NCBI RefSeq assembly: GCF_004010195.1
Contig: NC_057751.1
Span: 4,018,961-4,082,960 of the forward strand
Source of the DNA: Chiloscyllium plagiosum
Lineage: Eukaryota
DNA length: 64,000 bases
Direction: 5' to 3'
Position numbers and translations under genes: made by a program
The notes under the pieces: model-generated
The model's database searches: none
The model's input: only the letters and a program-made list of their open reading frames with translations
What the model was told of the DNA's origin: nothing
In this document: positions 21,768 through 35,035 of the stretch, piece after piece
Numbering within the stretch: the stretch's first letter is position 1
Layout of the letters: every line of letters begins with the position of its first letter

Positions 21768-24700
21768 TCAAGGAGTTGTCCTCACTGATATAACCAGCAG
21801 AATTCATGTTCACTGAAGTGAAAGTCAAAGTTCCTTCATTTATTTCTTCCTTGATGGAATTATTTTTAATCTTGTTTTGCCGTAATCATGTAATAGAGAG
21901 ATATGCCATGTCCAACTAAGATTTTTAGGAGAAAGATTAAGCAGCTTTAAGTAAATACCTGCAAGCTAAGTAGAATTTTCTCTATTCAACAGACATTTTA
22001 TCTTTCATATTGTTGCGTATAACCTGCCAAACATAGTTTGAAGACCAAAATATACCATCGCTTGAATCTTTGACTGACTCATAAAACCTATTAAATAAAA
22101 GACATCATCTTGGACTGTCTTTGCTTGTAACAAAATTAGTTTGTACACTTGTCAGATGAAACACAACCAGTTGATCCATTGCATTGTTGAGGGATTACAT
22201 TCCAAAAGCTGTTCCTCAATGGAACACTGTGTTCAACTAAGGTTGGAACAGATTGCTATTGAATCACCAAAAAGAACACATTGTCCCAATCATGTAGCAT
22301 TACTGGTTTACCCCCTGAATAAATAAGCACTGCCCTGAACCACAAACTGCTTGAGCATCAAAAGGATAGATTTCATTTTAACCATTATGAATAACACAAG
22401 TATTTCGAATAGAAACAGGTGCATTACCTTAAGGTAGTATTCAGAGGAGTAGGTGCATGTCATCATGCTGAGGAGATAGATATCTAATTGGTTTATTGAA
22501 AGGTTATGGTGGCTATGGGTGTTGAATTCTGGTGATGAGACAAATAAAAGACAGAATCATAATATTGCATAAAATTAGGAATATGTATCATGACCCACTG
22601 GGGTAGCACATTGTGAATTGAATCCAACTATTCCTGAAGTCGTACTAAAGATTGAAATTTCTTTTAAAGTAAACATAGTTCACCATTTTACCTGACTTTC
22701 AAGCCAAGGTTGATAAAAGCGGTTCTAATGTCACAATAATCCTTCTTCAGTCAATCAGGCGATTGGTATCCAGTTGTCCTTCTCCACAAGTTCCCATTGG
22801 TTTGTGAGTGCAGAGTGGACAGTTCACTTATACCATGTCTCAGTTTTATCAGTTCAAAAGTGACAGCTCACAGTTACTGCTGCAGAAAAAGTTTTTTTCT
22901 GAGTTTAAACTTTTTTTTACTGCAGCGAACAAGTAGTTACTGCTGGGGAGAACAACTGTGTATTTATGTGTCTTTCTCTCTATGTTCATCTGTATCTCTG
23001 TGACTTGTTTCCAGTTCCAACATACTCAGTTAGTTGAGAAACAATCAGCTTCACTTGTAAACAACTTACTGTTTCCTGATTATTTGCACATTGCAGGAAT
23101 CCACAGCTACAGACACAAGCTTCACTGCAGGTATCAAATTTGTTGCTGTGAAATTATGCAGCCATCTGGTAAGTCTGTTTTCTTTTTTAAAGCGTCTTTC
23201 TCATTGTGGTGCATGGTTTCAAAAGACACAAAACTTAAAGGTCGACAGATTCACAGAGACCTTGGATGTCCACACAACAGCTGGAGAAATTAGAGGGAAT
23301 GTACTGACTGTACTCTGCTTGTTTCATTCAAGTCAATAGATCATTAAATGCTCAATCATTCCCATACTACTTGTTAGTTTGTCAAGCTAGTGATTGGGCT
23401 TTCTTGGAGTCGATCTGTTCTCGATCTTATTTGTGGAATGCTGTCTTTTCTCCTTAATTTTATTTCACATTTAATTGTCCATGGTTTTAGCAAAATGGAA
23501 TTGTGCAGACCATCAATATTTCTCTTTGATTTTTCTCTTTTTTTTTGATTTGGAATAGTGAGTTGAAGTAAAGATTTGAACTTGTTTTCAAAGAGAAAGA
23601 ATAAAGATAGATGTTGGCTGTTGGGAGCTGGTCTGAAAAAAATCATGTGACCAGATTACTGCTCTCAGGACACAATAAATGAATCAGCACCACTCTGGGG
23701 CTGGCAGCTGCTGGTCTGATTGTTGTAGTCTTCTGGAGACAGTGCTGCTTCGTTTTGTACTCTCTCGAGTTTCTCTCCTGTATCGTGTTGGTTATCAAAT
23801 TGTTCCTTCAGTTCTCAAATTGTTGAATGTTCTGACAAAAAATCCCAGTCTGCAATAAGTAAGTAAACATTTCCAGAAATCTGCTGAAACTGCATTCACC
23901 AGTGACTTCTGAATTCAAGCAAGATATCAGTTCTACTTTTTATTCATTCAATTTATTTATTTGTGGGATATCACCAGCTGGCCAGCACTTAATGCTCATC
24001 CCTAATTGCCTTTGACCAGGTGGTGGGCTGCCTTGTTGAACTGCTGCAATCCACCTGTGGTATGTTGATTCACAGTGACATTCGGGAGGGAATTCCTGAA
24101 TTTTGCTAACAACCAACCCATCATCCAAGGATTTCATGATGGCCGGGCATAATTCATTGAAAATTGTTTATTAAACTGGCAAATTACCCTTTTTTAAAAT
24201 TTATCAACTGTGTCTGTCTGTTCATGGGTAAGGGTTATGATCAAAAAAGATTAGGCTTTAGATTGTAGATATCAATTAAATTACTTTGTTTAATAATTAA
24301 CAAATTATTAATTTTTGTTTGAGCTATAATCGTGTCCAAGCTCTGTTATTCATAACGTCTGATTAGGAACAGTTAGAGCATTTGGAGGGTCATTGAATAT
24401 TTTAATTTCACTGTGTTGCGAATCCAGTTACAGTGAGGCTGATGTGGCTTGACCTGCTACCTCCATGTCATAAAAGTCAGCACAATGCTGGGTGGAATTC
24501 AAATTTTCAAATTTGATTTCAAATTTTCAATCAAACACAAGACAAATCTTTTCCACTGTCAGCAAGGGAACACATAATCAGCTGTTGATTGTGTCAGCAT
24601 TGTTTTGATCCGACTTGCCCCAGACCAGTTTCTGTACTCATTGCTAAATGCTTTTCTTTTTGTTCGTACGCTCTTTAAAACATCCAGCATTCCAAATTAA

Positions 24701-25329
24701 CACTGTATTCAACAATTGATCCTATTCAACTCAATAAATAGATCCGTTTGAGATAAGCTGTGATGCTGGAGAAGATGTACTGTTTGAACCTTTCCATTCG
24801 CACCGTTGAACATATCACATACTTAACAACTCCATAAGAGATCACTTTGAATAATATTTGCAAGCTTAGCATCGTCTAAGTTGAGGGGGAGGGCAGCGGT
24901 GGCAGGAGAACATCAGGAAGCTTGTCCACAAAATTCCACAACAGTTCAGTCTCATAGGATTAGCTGTTGCCCATTCTCTTAACCAAATGAATACACAGTC
25001 TTGATTCTAAGAAACATGAATTGTTTACTAACCTCTTGTATATCATTGAACATGTTGAATACTTCAATAATTCTTGTCCTAAAATTGTCCAAAAAAGCCA
25101 TTTGTTAATGTGATAACGGAAATAATTCCTTGAACACTGAAAACTGATACAATCTTGTCCTAATACATCTGTACTCTTTTTATCAGAGGTGTGTGCTAGA
25201 AGCAGAAGGGTTCATTCGTTTTTCAAAAATCTGTGTTTTCTATGTTTCCAATGACAGGGCTTCATCTGCTCCTTCAGTGGTTTAATGTGGATAAGGTGAC
25301 GTTGTCCACTATGGCTGGAAGAATAAAAG

Positions 25330-26048
25330 GGCAAATTATTGCTTAAATAGGAACCAGATACAAAGTGTATCAGGGTAGAGGGATTTGGGCATCTTTATGC
25401 ATGAATAGCAGAAAGTGGGTATGCAGGTGTAGCATATAATAAGAAAGGCAGATGGAATTCTGACATTTATTGCAAAAGAAGTGTTGTTCCAATTATGTAG
25501 GGTGTTGGTGAGACCACATCTGGAATATTGTGACCAGGTTTGCTCTTTTTGAGGAAGTTGTAGTGGCACTAGAGACAGTTCAGAAGATGTTCATAAGGTT
25601 GATTCCAGGGATGAAAGGGCTGTCATACGAGAAGCAGTTGAACAGCTTGAGTTTGTACTTGCTGGAGTTCAGAAGAATAAGGGGAAATCTGATTAAGGTT
25701 AATAAAATGTTCAAGGGGATTAATGAGGTAGACATTGAACAGATGTTCATTTTTGTGGGATGGTCTCGAACAAGAAGTCAGATATACAGAATGAGCGGAG
25801 GTGGGTTCAAAACTGAGATAAGGTGAAATTGTTTCTCTCCAAGAGTTCTGAATCTGTGGAACTTGCAACCACAGAGTGATTCAAAAAAGAAAGAGATATG
25901 TTTCAGATGGAAAGTATCGTAAAGGGCTTTGGGGAGTAGGCAGAAAAGTAGAGTTGAGATCAGGATAAGATCAGCCGTGATCATGTTAAATGTGTGTGGG
26001 CTCAAAAGGCTGAATTGCCTACTCCTGCTCCATGTTCCTATGTTCCTA
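25330..26048 (+). mobile_element. Older CR1-like LINE 3' fragment
   Basis: LETVQKMFIRLIPGMKGLSYEKQLNSLSLYLLEFRRIRGNLIKV; tgttccta tail repeats. Confidence 0.85.
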
Positions 26049-27129
26049 ACATAACACCACAGGATCTTATGTTCATCTCAGAAGAAAACAAGCCATTTGT
26101 TTTCAATTACAAGAAAAAAATGTGAAAGATTTCATAAAAGACAACTGTGCAGCTCTCTGTCAAGCCGTATCAAGATTTATTGTGCTCAATGCAGTCTTTC
26201 AAATGAGAATTGAATCCTTAAGCTTCTTACTGAATACTACCACTGTGCCCTTGCTGACACAAATTAGCTATCCCTCTTTCGTTCCCCAGCTCAGATAACC
26301 TTTCAACAGACCTCTGTGTTACTCTTTTTCAGAACTTAACATGACAGTGGTCCCTCTGATCGGCTTGACCTCTCAATACAGCAGCAGTCTGACACAAACA
26401 AGTAAGTAGTGTGATCAAAATTTACAGTTCTTCTCATTTCCAACACTGACCTATGTTCAAAAACCAAATACCTGTGCAGTCAAAATTGTTAAAGATTTTT
26501 ACTTCAATCACATTAAGTGCCTTAGAATGCAATAAATAGTACTTCCCCATTTTAATCAAATAATGTTTATTCTAAAAGTATGTAAAATTAAATATCTCAT
26601 TAAATTAAAAGAAAGGTTGAGATAGTTTTCCTGAATAGACATCAAAAATATGATTCACACAATCAGCAAAATGAAAGAAGTGTTGCAGGTTTCAGACTTA
26701 ATGTTATCAAATATTTGTGAAGGTCATATCAACACAGTCGGCAATATTCATGTCTATTGCAAACCCATGCAGTGATTGGAGTCCTGAAAGTATTGGAAAG
26801 CTAATGTATGAACAGTCCAATATCCTTGTTCCCACAGTCACCTGATTTGGATGCTCTTTGCCCAAACATTGTTTTGGTTTGTTTTCTTCAGTGGAATGCG
26901 AGTAAGAGGATTGTTTCAATTGTATCTTCATTTTTATCTTTGTAAATGAAAGGAACGTTCTCATACCAGAGATAATTTATACATTCAGATCTCAAGAAGC
27001 TAATTTGTGCTAAACAACTGCTCCTTGTTTTGGATTTAATTGCTGTGGCTTTAAATGGTTCTTGCCTCAGATTACCACTTGGTCACAAGAATAGGTAGGT
27101 GTAGATATTTTTGATCAACATGTGGCTAT

Positions 27130-27780
27130 ATGTTGGCGACGGAGAGGGTGACATCGCAGAGCGGGATTTTTGTTGAGTCAGCGGCAGGGACTCCTGTTTG
27201 TCAAAGGCCTGGTGCAGGTACTTCAGAAATCAGCGAGGCAGCGGTTTCAGCAGAACCAAGTACTCCTGGTTGTGTTGGGAGCGGAGTGGGGAGTCCAAGC
27301 AGTGGCAGTGGACCCAGAACCAGGAACTCCTGGTTGCAACAGGCCCCGAGTGGGAATTCCTGGTTATCAGCAACTCCTGGTTGTGGTAGGCCCAGAGCTG
27401 TGATCTGCTGGTTTTCAGTGAAGCATTGGTGGCAGCAGAGCCCAGGGCTCCTGCTTGTGGGGCAAGTGTGCATCCAGCACGGTAACCAGCTTAGTGTCAG
27501 TAACCTGTGGACGGGATGGGCCCAGCAACGAAGACATGGTGTCTAAGAGCGGCAACTTCCATGTTAATGGGTCTGGCACAGGTGTCGTTGGTGGGCTGGC
27601 TAAGAGGTCGGGATTCATGGTGGAGGCATCAGAATGACAATGGACTTCCTTTCAGCTTTGTCTTTTTATTATCTTCATTCTTGAAGTATTCGAATTGTGC
27701 TGGGTTGAGTTGACAGTTGAAGCTTTTCTCTGTATCCTACCATGTTCTCTGTAGATACAAGTGACAATAAATCCTAATTC
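27130..27780 (+). repeat. Unclassified GC-rich repeat with internal 'actcctggttg' sub-repeats
   Basis: Motif recurs about 6 times between 27190 and 27460; ends 'gtgacaataaatc'. Confidence 0.5.
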
Positions 27781-28273
27781 ATATATTTGATCAACATGTT
27801 CAGAAGTTTTATGACGCACCTCCAAAGCAGGTGGGACCTCAACCCCCAAGCATCTAGCTCAGAGGTACACTTTGCCACAAGAACCTTTTAAATTTGAAGT
27901 CTCCCAGCAGCTTCAGTGGGATTTGAATCACCAAAGCATCAGTCTGGTCGTCTGGATTATTAATCCAGCAGCAGTTTGATGACGACCACACTGCACTTCC
28001 AACCAAAACAAAACTGATGATTTGCAGCATTTGCATCATTGTTGCATCACTGATGAAGTTAGCGCAGCAATTCTCAGCAAGCAATAAATGCAAAACACAG
28101 GTTGGTGGGAAAACCATCCCAGATTTCCCTGGACTCTTCAAGAAACTGTTACAAGCACAAGGGTGGCAATATGGCTCAGTGGTTAGTGTTGCTAACTCAA
28201 TAACACCAGGGGCCCAGGTTTAATTTTACTCTCGGGCAACTATCTGTGTGGAGTTTGCACATTTTCTCCATAT

Positions 28274-28980
28274 TGAAACGATACTGGGTAAACCCTCCTA
28301 CTTAATTTAAACCAGCAACACAAAAGATTTATCCCATGCCGTAATCTGTGAAAATTTGAGAGGCCAACAACGATTTAAAGTAAAAATTAACAACTTCATT
28401 TCTTCAAGTATAACAGAGAGTAATTGACTAAAAACTATTTACAACTCCTTCCTCTAACCTATCTTTTATCTTCCCTTCTGTAATACTAGTCCAATAAAAC
28501 CCCCAATTAAGATTTACCAATATTCAACTTTCCAAAAAAAAACAGCCAGCTGTCGAATCTCCTTTCTATATTTTCCTCTATCGAGTTGCTCTCCTGGTCT
28601 GTGTTGATGTTCTCTGTGCAAACTCCTTCTCTGGACAAGTACATCTCAGATAGTTCTGACTAGCAGCCTACATCTGTTGGTCTTCTGGCAGTTCTCATCC
28701 AACTGTTCAATTTTTCTCTGTCTTATACATCCAAAGCACTGGATTGTGTCATTGGCTTTTAATATTGTCAATATACCCAAGTCAAACTTGATTGGAGTTT
28801 GGTTTTTTTTTGAGGGGTATAATTTAAACTGATTGGCCGAATTCAAATTTGTTTTTGTCTCCAGGCAACCATCTGAACCACGTGTTACATTGTTATCTTA
28901 TTCAGAACACTTGGTGCTGTCAGGCAGTTCTGCTAGCTTTTAACTCTCTGAAAGGTACAGTACACCCACACTTCATAACA
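28274..28980 (-). mobile_element. Solo LTR of the same Gmr1-like gypsy family
   Basis: Reverse complement aligns end to end with 13483-14162; 4-bp flanks atat / gtat. Confidence 0.93.
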
Positions 28981-28984
28981 GTAT

Positions 28985-29754
28985 AGAGTCATAAGAGATG
29001 TACAGCATGGAAACAGACCCTTTAGTCCAACCTGTCCATGCCGACCAGATATCCCAAACCAATCTAGTCCCACCTGCCAGCACCCGGCCCATATCCCTCC
29101 AAACCCTTCCTATTCATATACCCATCCAAATGCCTCTTAAATGTTGCAATTACACCAGCCTCCACCACATCCTCTGACAGCTCATTTCATACACATACTA
29201 CCCTCTGCGTGAAAAAGTTGCCCCTTAGGTCTCTTTTATATCTTTCCCAGCTCACCCTATGCCTATGCCCTCTAGTTCTCGACTCCCCGACCCCAGGGAA
29301 AAGACTTTGTCTATTTATCCTATCCATGCCCCTCATAATTTTGTAAACCTCTATAAGGTCACCCCTCAGCCTCCGACGCTCCAGGGAAAACAGCCCCAGC
29401 CTGTTCAGCCTCTCCCTATAGCTCAAATCATCCAACCCTGGCAACATCCTTGTAAATCTTTTCTGAACCCTTTCAAGTTTCACAACATCTTTCCGATAGG
29501 ACGGAGACCAGAATTGGATGCAATATTCCAACAGTGGCCGAACCAATGTCCTGTACAGCCGCAACATGACCTCCCAACTCTTCTACTCAATACTCTGACC
29601 AATAAAGGAAAACATTCAAACGCCTTCTTCACTATCGTATCTACCTGCGACTCCATTTTCAAGGAGCTATGAACCTGCACTCCAAGGTCTCTTTGTTCAG
29701 CAACACTCCCGAGGACCTTACCATTAAGTGTATAAGTCCTGCTAAGATTTGCTT
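28985..29754 (-). mobile_element. Young 5'-truncated CR1-like LINE
   Basis: MLRLYRTLVRPLLEYCIQFWSPSYRKDVVKLERVQKRFTRMLPGL...; intact 3' tail; agtat at both ends (28980-28984 / 29755-29759). Confidence 0.95.
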
Positions 29755-32700
29755 AGTATCTGTGTGTTTTTTTTCCCACAGTCCAAAGGTGGAGAAGTTA
29801 GCTGGATTGGCCATGCTAAATTGCCCACAGTGTACTAGGAATGTGTAGTGTCGTTAAATTAGCCATGAGGAATGCAGGGTTACAGAGACTGGTTGGGTTG
29901 GTCTTCAGAGGTTTGGTGTGGACTCGATGGGCTGAATTGCCTGCTTCCATACTGTAGCGATTTTATTCTCTTCACCCAGGAGAAATATAAGGTCACCAAT
30001 GAATAGATAGTTTTGCTTTGCCCTTGTTAGGTTTAAGTATATTGCAAATGTTTTACTCAAAGGCTGCTCAAGGAGTCAGGATGATTGAAGTAGAAGAATG
30101 TGTGTTGAAGAATATGTCCAAATGAAGTTGGTAATCCTAACTACAGGTTTAAACACTGCTAACCTCATGCATGGCTACATTAAGATGTGTTCAGTAAATA
30201 TCAACCTGTCCCATTCAGGGGTTAGGGATAGTTGAAGAGAATGGCCCTTGGATCTTCGACCATATCTTCTACGTGAGTAATTGGTAGGCTGCTTGAAGGC
30301 ACAGTCAAGTACCTGGCCTGGTGTGGAACTGGTGAGCAAAGAACAGAAGAACAGGAGGCACACCTTTAAAACAAAAGATTCTTTCTTGCCTATAGCTTAA
30401 ATTCCTTTCGAAAATTATTTGTGATTTACAAATATATAGACACAAACTGAGATCATCAAATTTTGAATGTTGATTTATTTGAGTACATAACTGTAGTGGT
30501 TCTGTTATTTGGACATAAAGTGTTCTCTTCTCCAATATTCTTTTCCTTTTTCTTTATTCCTTTAAAGGTTGTGTGCATTGCTGGCAAGGACAGCACTTGT
30601 TTCCATTCTTGAGCTGAGTGGCTTTCAAGTTCATGTGAAATGATATTGAAGAATCACCCAAAAGAGCTCCACTTCCTCATGCCTTTGCACGTCACTTCCT
30701 TACCTCCTGGGAAGGGAGTTAACCTAGTATCCTGACTGATATTTATTCTTTGGTCAACATCTTCAAAAAACAGATGATCTGCTAATGATCACATTGTTGT
30801 TTGAGGAGTTTGCTCTGTGCAATTTGCCTTTCACTTTTACAGTAGCTACATGTCAAAAGTTCCTAAGTGACTTTGGGATATCTGGGAGTCATGAAAATCA
30901 TCTTTTCTTTCTTTATCGGCTTAGAGGATGTCATCGGCATACCAGTCATGCTTTAGACATCTTTCCCAAAGGAGGTTAACCTGAGCTGTACATTGTTCTA
31001 ATTGTTGCTGAATCAATGTTTGTAGAAATTCCACTTATTTTTGTGTTGCGACTTGCAGACTGATCTTGTAAAATTAAATTAGAGTGGGTTTCCAGAAACA
31101 ATGTTTGTGCACAGGTCAGCAGAGTTATTTCTGTTTGATTTTAAAAAAGAACTCTCTTATTGTCCATTGTGAAAGCAAGTACAGTGTTTCTTGACCATTC
31201 CTTCAACCTTTGAGAAATTCTTATGGCTGGTATTCTGAAAGGATAAAATGAAAAAGGTGGAAGAGTTTTCTCTGTTCACAATTATTATGCAATATGTTAG
31301 TTTAGTCAAGGAACAGAGTACTCAGCCACTTGAACCTGTTCCACCATTCAATGAGATCATGACTGATATGTGGCCTCACACTATTTTAACAAAAAATTAT
31401 ATTTCTCAGATTTTAAATTAACAAGGAATTCTTTGCAGCTAATTGAAAATCTCACTGGCCAAGTCTTAGGACGACATGGTGAAAAAATGTACTGCTGCCA
31501 CTCAGAAGGACAAGAGCAGCAAGTACATAGAAATAGTACCACCTGCAAGTTCGTCTCCAAACCACTTACTGTCCTGACCTGGAACTACCCCGGTGCTCCT
31601 TCACTTTCACTGGATTATAATCGTGGAATTTCATTCCTAACAGTACTGTGGGTGTACTTACACCCAAGGTCAGTGGTGGTTCAAGGAAACAGCTAACCCA
31701 ACACAATGTGGGGACAGGCAGCAAATGCAGGCCCAGCTAGCACTGGCCATATCCTGTAAAAAAGCGAATAAAAAATGTTCTTCTGAGCACAGCACTCTTT
31801 TCACATTCTGGGTGGTGACACAATAGATTCCATTTATAAACCTTGCAGTTCATGTTGCCTGCAGTGGACCAGGGCGAGGTGCGCTGCTTGCTTTTCTGCC
31901 TTACCAGTCAAGTAAGTAGTGCATGGAGAAAATTAACATGCCCTGAAGGGATGAAGAAATAATCCAATCTTCATAGATGTAATTTTCATTAGGACCCATT
32001 ATTTGTGAGATGACCCTTCTTTTTTAATTCTCAAAATCCAACAGTAGCCCTGTAATCCTTGAAATGCATTCTTTGCAAAATGTGAAATTTAACACTGCCC
32101 ACAATACAGAATTATCATGGGAAAAGTGAGTAATAGGTAGCATTACTGTGATGAAATAATATAATCTGGTAAATTGAAAAGAATTCGCTGTTTTTAAGAA
32201 AAATTGCAATAAACTGTTATCTTCCTATGGCTGTATTAGAAGAGTTCATATTATTATTGCTATGGAGATTATACCATAGTTCCTTTGATTCTAAACTAAA
32301 AACTGTATTCAGGCTAATTCTTCCCTCGTATTTAGCAATGTGCCACTCATTTGGGTTTATCTCAAAAGCCAAGCTTCAAATCATAATTTGTGTTCAGCAA
32401 CTGATGTGCTTAAAGAGTGCCTTTGTGAATGTTTTTTTTTCCCAGAATATTGTACCTTAACTGCCTATATTTAGATCGAAATTGCTTTTCTAAGTGCATG
32501 AACTCTAAATTGCCTTATCTGTGTTGAGTGGAATTTGCATTTTGACAATCTTTCACACTTAGCTCATTCAGTGAAAGATGACTAAGCTGCTTTCAAATAT
32601 TTTAAAGAATACCCGTTTCTCTTACACTTCCATCTGATGAAGCAAGCCTTTGCAGTTTTTCTCTGAATTTCATTTTCTGGCAGAATGCTCAACTATTTTA

Positions 32701-33784
32701 TATAAGTTACGTTGTTGTTAAACATATTTCTGAACTCAATTCAAGTCAGATTTGATAGTCTTTTACACTCATTCGCCTGGATTCACGTGACAAGGAATGA
32801 ATATTAAGTTCAATACATGGTTCCAAGATACAGCTCAGGGGGCATTCCGTGGTGTGTTATTGAACCCAACAGATCACAAAGATACTGTGTTCAATCCCTA
32901 CTCCTTTTTTGGCGAGCTATAATGCAACTTATGGGCTTAGAAGTACAAAACAAAGCAAGCAAGGCTCATGGATTGATTATTAGAAATCCCTACTGAATGA
33001 TGTATGTGTGATCAACAGGTAAAGTCATGAGTAGGTTACATTGTGAGTTCTGAAAGGTAAACTATCCAAGCCACATTCTTTGGACCCAAAATTCCATTGT
33101 GTTTCCAGCAATCTTCCAGCTTTCCAGGAGGGAAGTGCCATTTTTCTGGTCAACAAAATGGAGCAGGAGCCCTTTCCACAATCTACCTGCTGAATCCTCT
33201 TGCATTTCATTTCAGCACAATTAAAGACAGCCAGTGGTGCTGCAGCTTTTAGCTTTCTGTTTCAGCATTTGCAATCATAAGTGAGTAATTTATAGTGCAA
33301 AATATAGGCACATAAATTACAGCAGTGCAGCTTTTGAAGGTTTCCCTGTTAAGTTCAATTGCTCAAAGCTATGTAGTTGCTCAAATGGCCAGCTAATAAC
33401 AATGCAAGATGGGGGCAGGGTATCTAGGTTAATTATGACACAAATAATGTCGCTCCTTAACCAAGATCCAAGCAGCAAATCTTCCCAGCCACTGAACTAG
33501 TGACATAGTTGGGAAAATTGCCTGGGATGGCCATTGAGGAGCTTGTTCACCTAAGAACAAAAGGTCCCAGTTTCAACACAAGTGTTGAATGGCAAGATGA
33601 GATTCCTGCCACTGAGCAACGAGAGACCTAATTTCATGCATCAGCAAAAAGTAACTTCTTTGCTATGACATCATCTCCCCAAAAATGACAATTATAAAAT
33701 GCCAAGCAGCAGAACTAATTAATTAAACCTTGTTTGACTTTTCATTTAAGGAGCAGGACGAGAGAGAGAGACAAAATAGGGTAA

Positions 33785-34035
33785 CATTCTGAGGAAGGGT
33801 CACCGGACCCAAAACATAAATTCTGATTTCTCTCCACAAATGCTGACAGAACTGCTGAGATTTTCCAGCAGTTTCTCTTTCTGTAATATTTTGGTTACCA
33901 GTCTAAGGGGAAGAGGTTGAAACTTTATTGCTGGAACAGCACAGCAGGTCAGGCAGCATCCAGGGAACAGGAGATTCGACGTTTCGGGCACAGGCCAAAG
34001 AAGGTCCAGCATCTGCAGACCTCACTTTCTCCCCT
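33785..34035. repeat. Cluster of Penelope-terminus-derived short repeats in both orientations
   Basis: 'ctgaggaagggtcaccggacccaaaac' on plus and 'cagcaggtcaggcagcatcc...gacgtttcgggc' on minus. Confidence 0.7.
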
Positions 34036-34525
34036 AAGGGGAAGAGGACCAAGGCCAAAATAAAAACTCAGTTTTCACCTCAGATGGCACATACTCCAAA
34101 CTGGCTTCACCAGAATTCATACAAAAATGGGTGTGGAAAGCAGGCTGACTTCAGAATGGATTTTCTTTCTCTTCTGATCTCATGCATGAATAAGCTTTTT
34201 GAGAGGAAGGAGGAAGAGATGAGGGAAAGTGTGCGTGCATGTCTGCACCAAACAGCCTATGTGTAGCTGTCTGCCTCACTTTTAATGGTTCTTTTATCTT
34301 CTCTCGCTCTCTCATTCTCTCTCACCCCCATTCTCTCTCACTCCCCAGGGATCTTTTAATGATTTGAAGCTTGTTGTAACTATAATATAAACAATTAACT
34401 GTGTTGTTCTGTTGGCTCAATGCCGTGATACCTCATACAATTAAATGCACTGAGTCATATTTAACACCCACTACAATATTTCTTCCGCTGTGGTTTACCA
34501 GTTCACTGGGGGTACTTCATCTTTC

Positions 34526-34553
34526 CTGATGAAGGGCTTAGGCCCGAAACATC
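34526..34553 (+). ncRNA. Minimal hammerhead ribozyme-like motif in a PLE-derived repeat (34520-34615)
   Basis: CUGAUGA-AGGGC-UUAG-GCCC-GAAAC-AUC. Confidence 0.55.
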
Positions 34554-34694
34554 AATTCTCCTGCTCCTCAGATGCTGACGGACCTGCCATGCATTTTCAG
34601 CACCACACTCCCGACTTGTACTTCGTTCCACACCTTATAGAGCAAACCATTAGTGGAAACACATTGCACACTTCAAAATATTTGGACAGATTTA

Positions 34695-35035
34695 GGGAAG
34701 GCGATACGTAGTGGCAATGTCAATAAACTAGTGATCCAAAGTCCCAGGCCAATGTTCTGAGGACATGGTTTCAAATCCCACTGTCGCAGATAGTGACATT
34801 TCAATTCATTAAAAATCTGGAATTAAAAAGCTGCCAAGTCACAACTAATGATTATCATAAATGCCCATCTAGTTCGCAAATGTAATTTTGGGAAAAAACC
34901 TGTTGTCCTTCCCCAGTTTGGCCAACATATGACATCTCTACACAGTAATGTTGTTGACTTTTAACTGCCTTCTGGGTAATTAGGGATGGGCAATAAATGT
35001 TGACTTCAGTTAATGATGCCCACATCCCCTGAATG
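34695..35035 (+). mobile_element. Old SINE, DeuSINE/SacSINE-like; relatives at ~44570-44930, 58720-59050 and, on minus, 40610-40895
   Basis: Pol III-like head 'gtggcaatgtc...ggtttcaaatcccac' and shared tail 'tagggatgggcaataaatg...cccacatccc'. Family name is from recall only. Confidence 0.5.

Larger units (their letters stand above)
28160..29965 (+). mobile_element. HE1-like SINE split into 28160-28273 and ~29756-29965 by nested insertions
   Basis: Head 'gggtggcaatatggctcagtggttag...gagtttgcacattttctcc' resumes as 'gtatctgtgtg...cccacagtccaaag'. Confidence 0.8.

Noticed and set aside
23660..25320. Several minus-strand exon-like frames (LGFFVRTFNNLRTEGTI*, MAFLDNFRTRIIEVFNMFNDIQE)
   Set aside because: Mutually inconsistent models with no recognisable homology; the GFFxR similarity to integrin alpha tails lacks a preceding transmembrane exon.
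27130..27546. 138-aa low-complexity ORF
   Set aside because: Lies within a GC-rich interspersed repeat.
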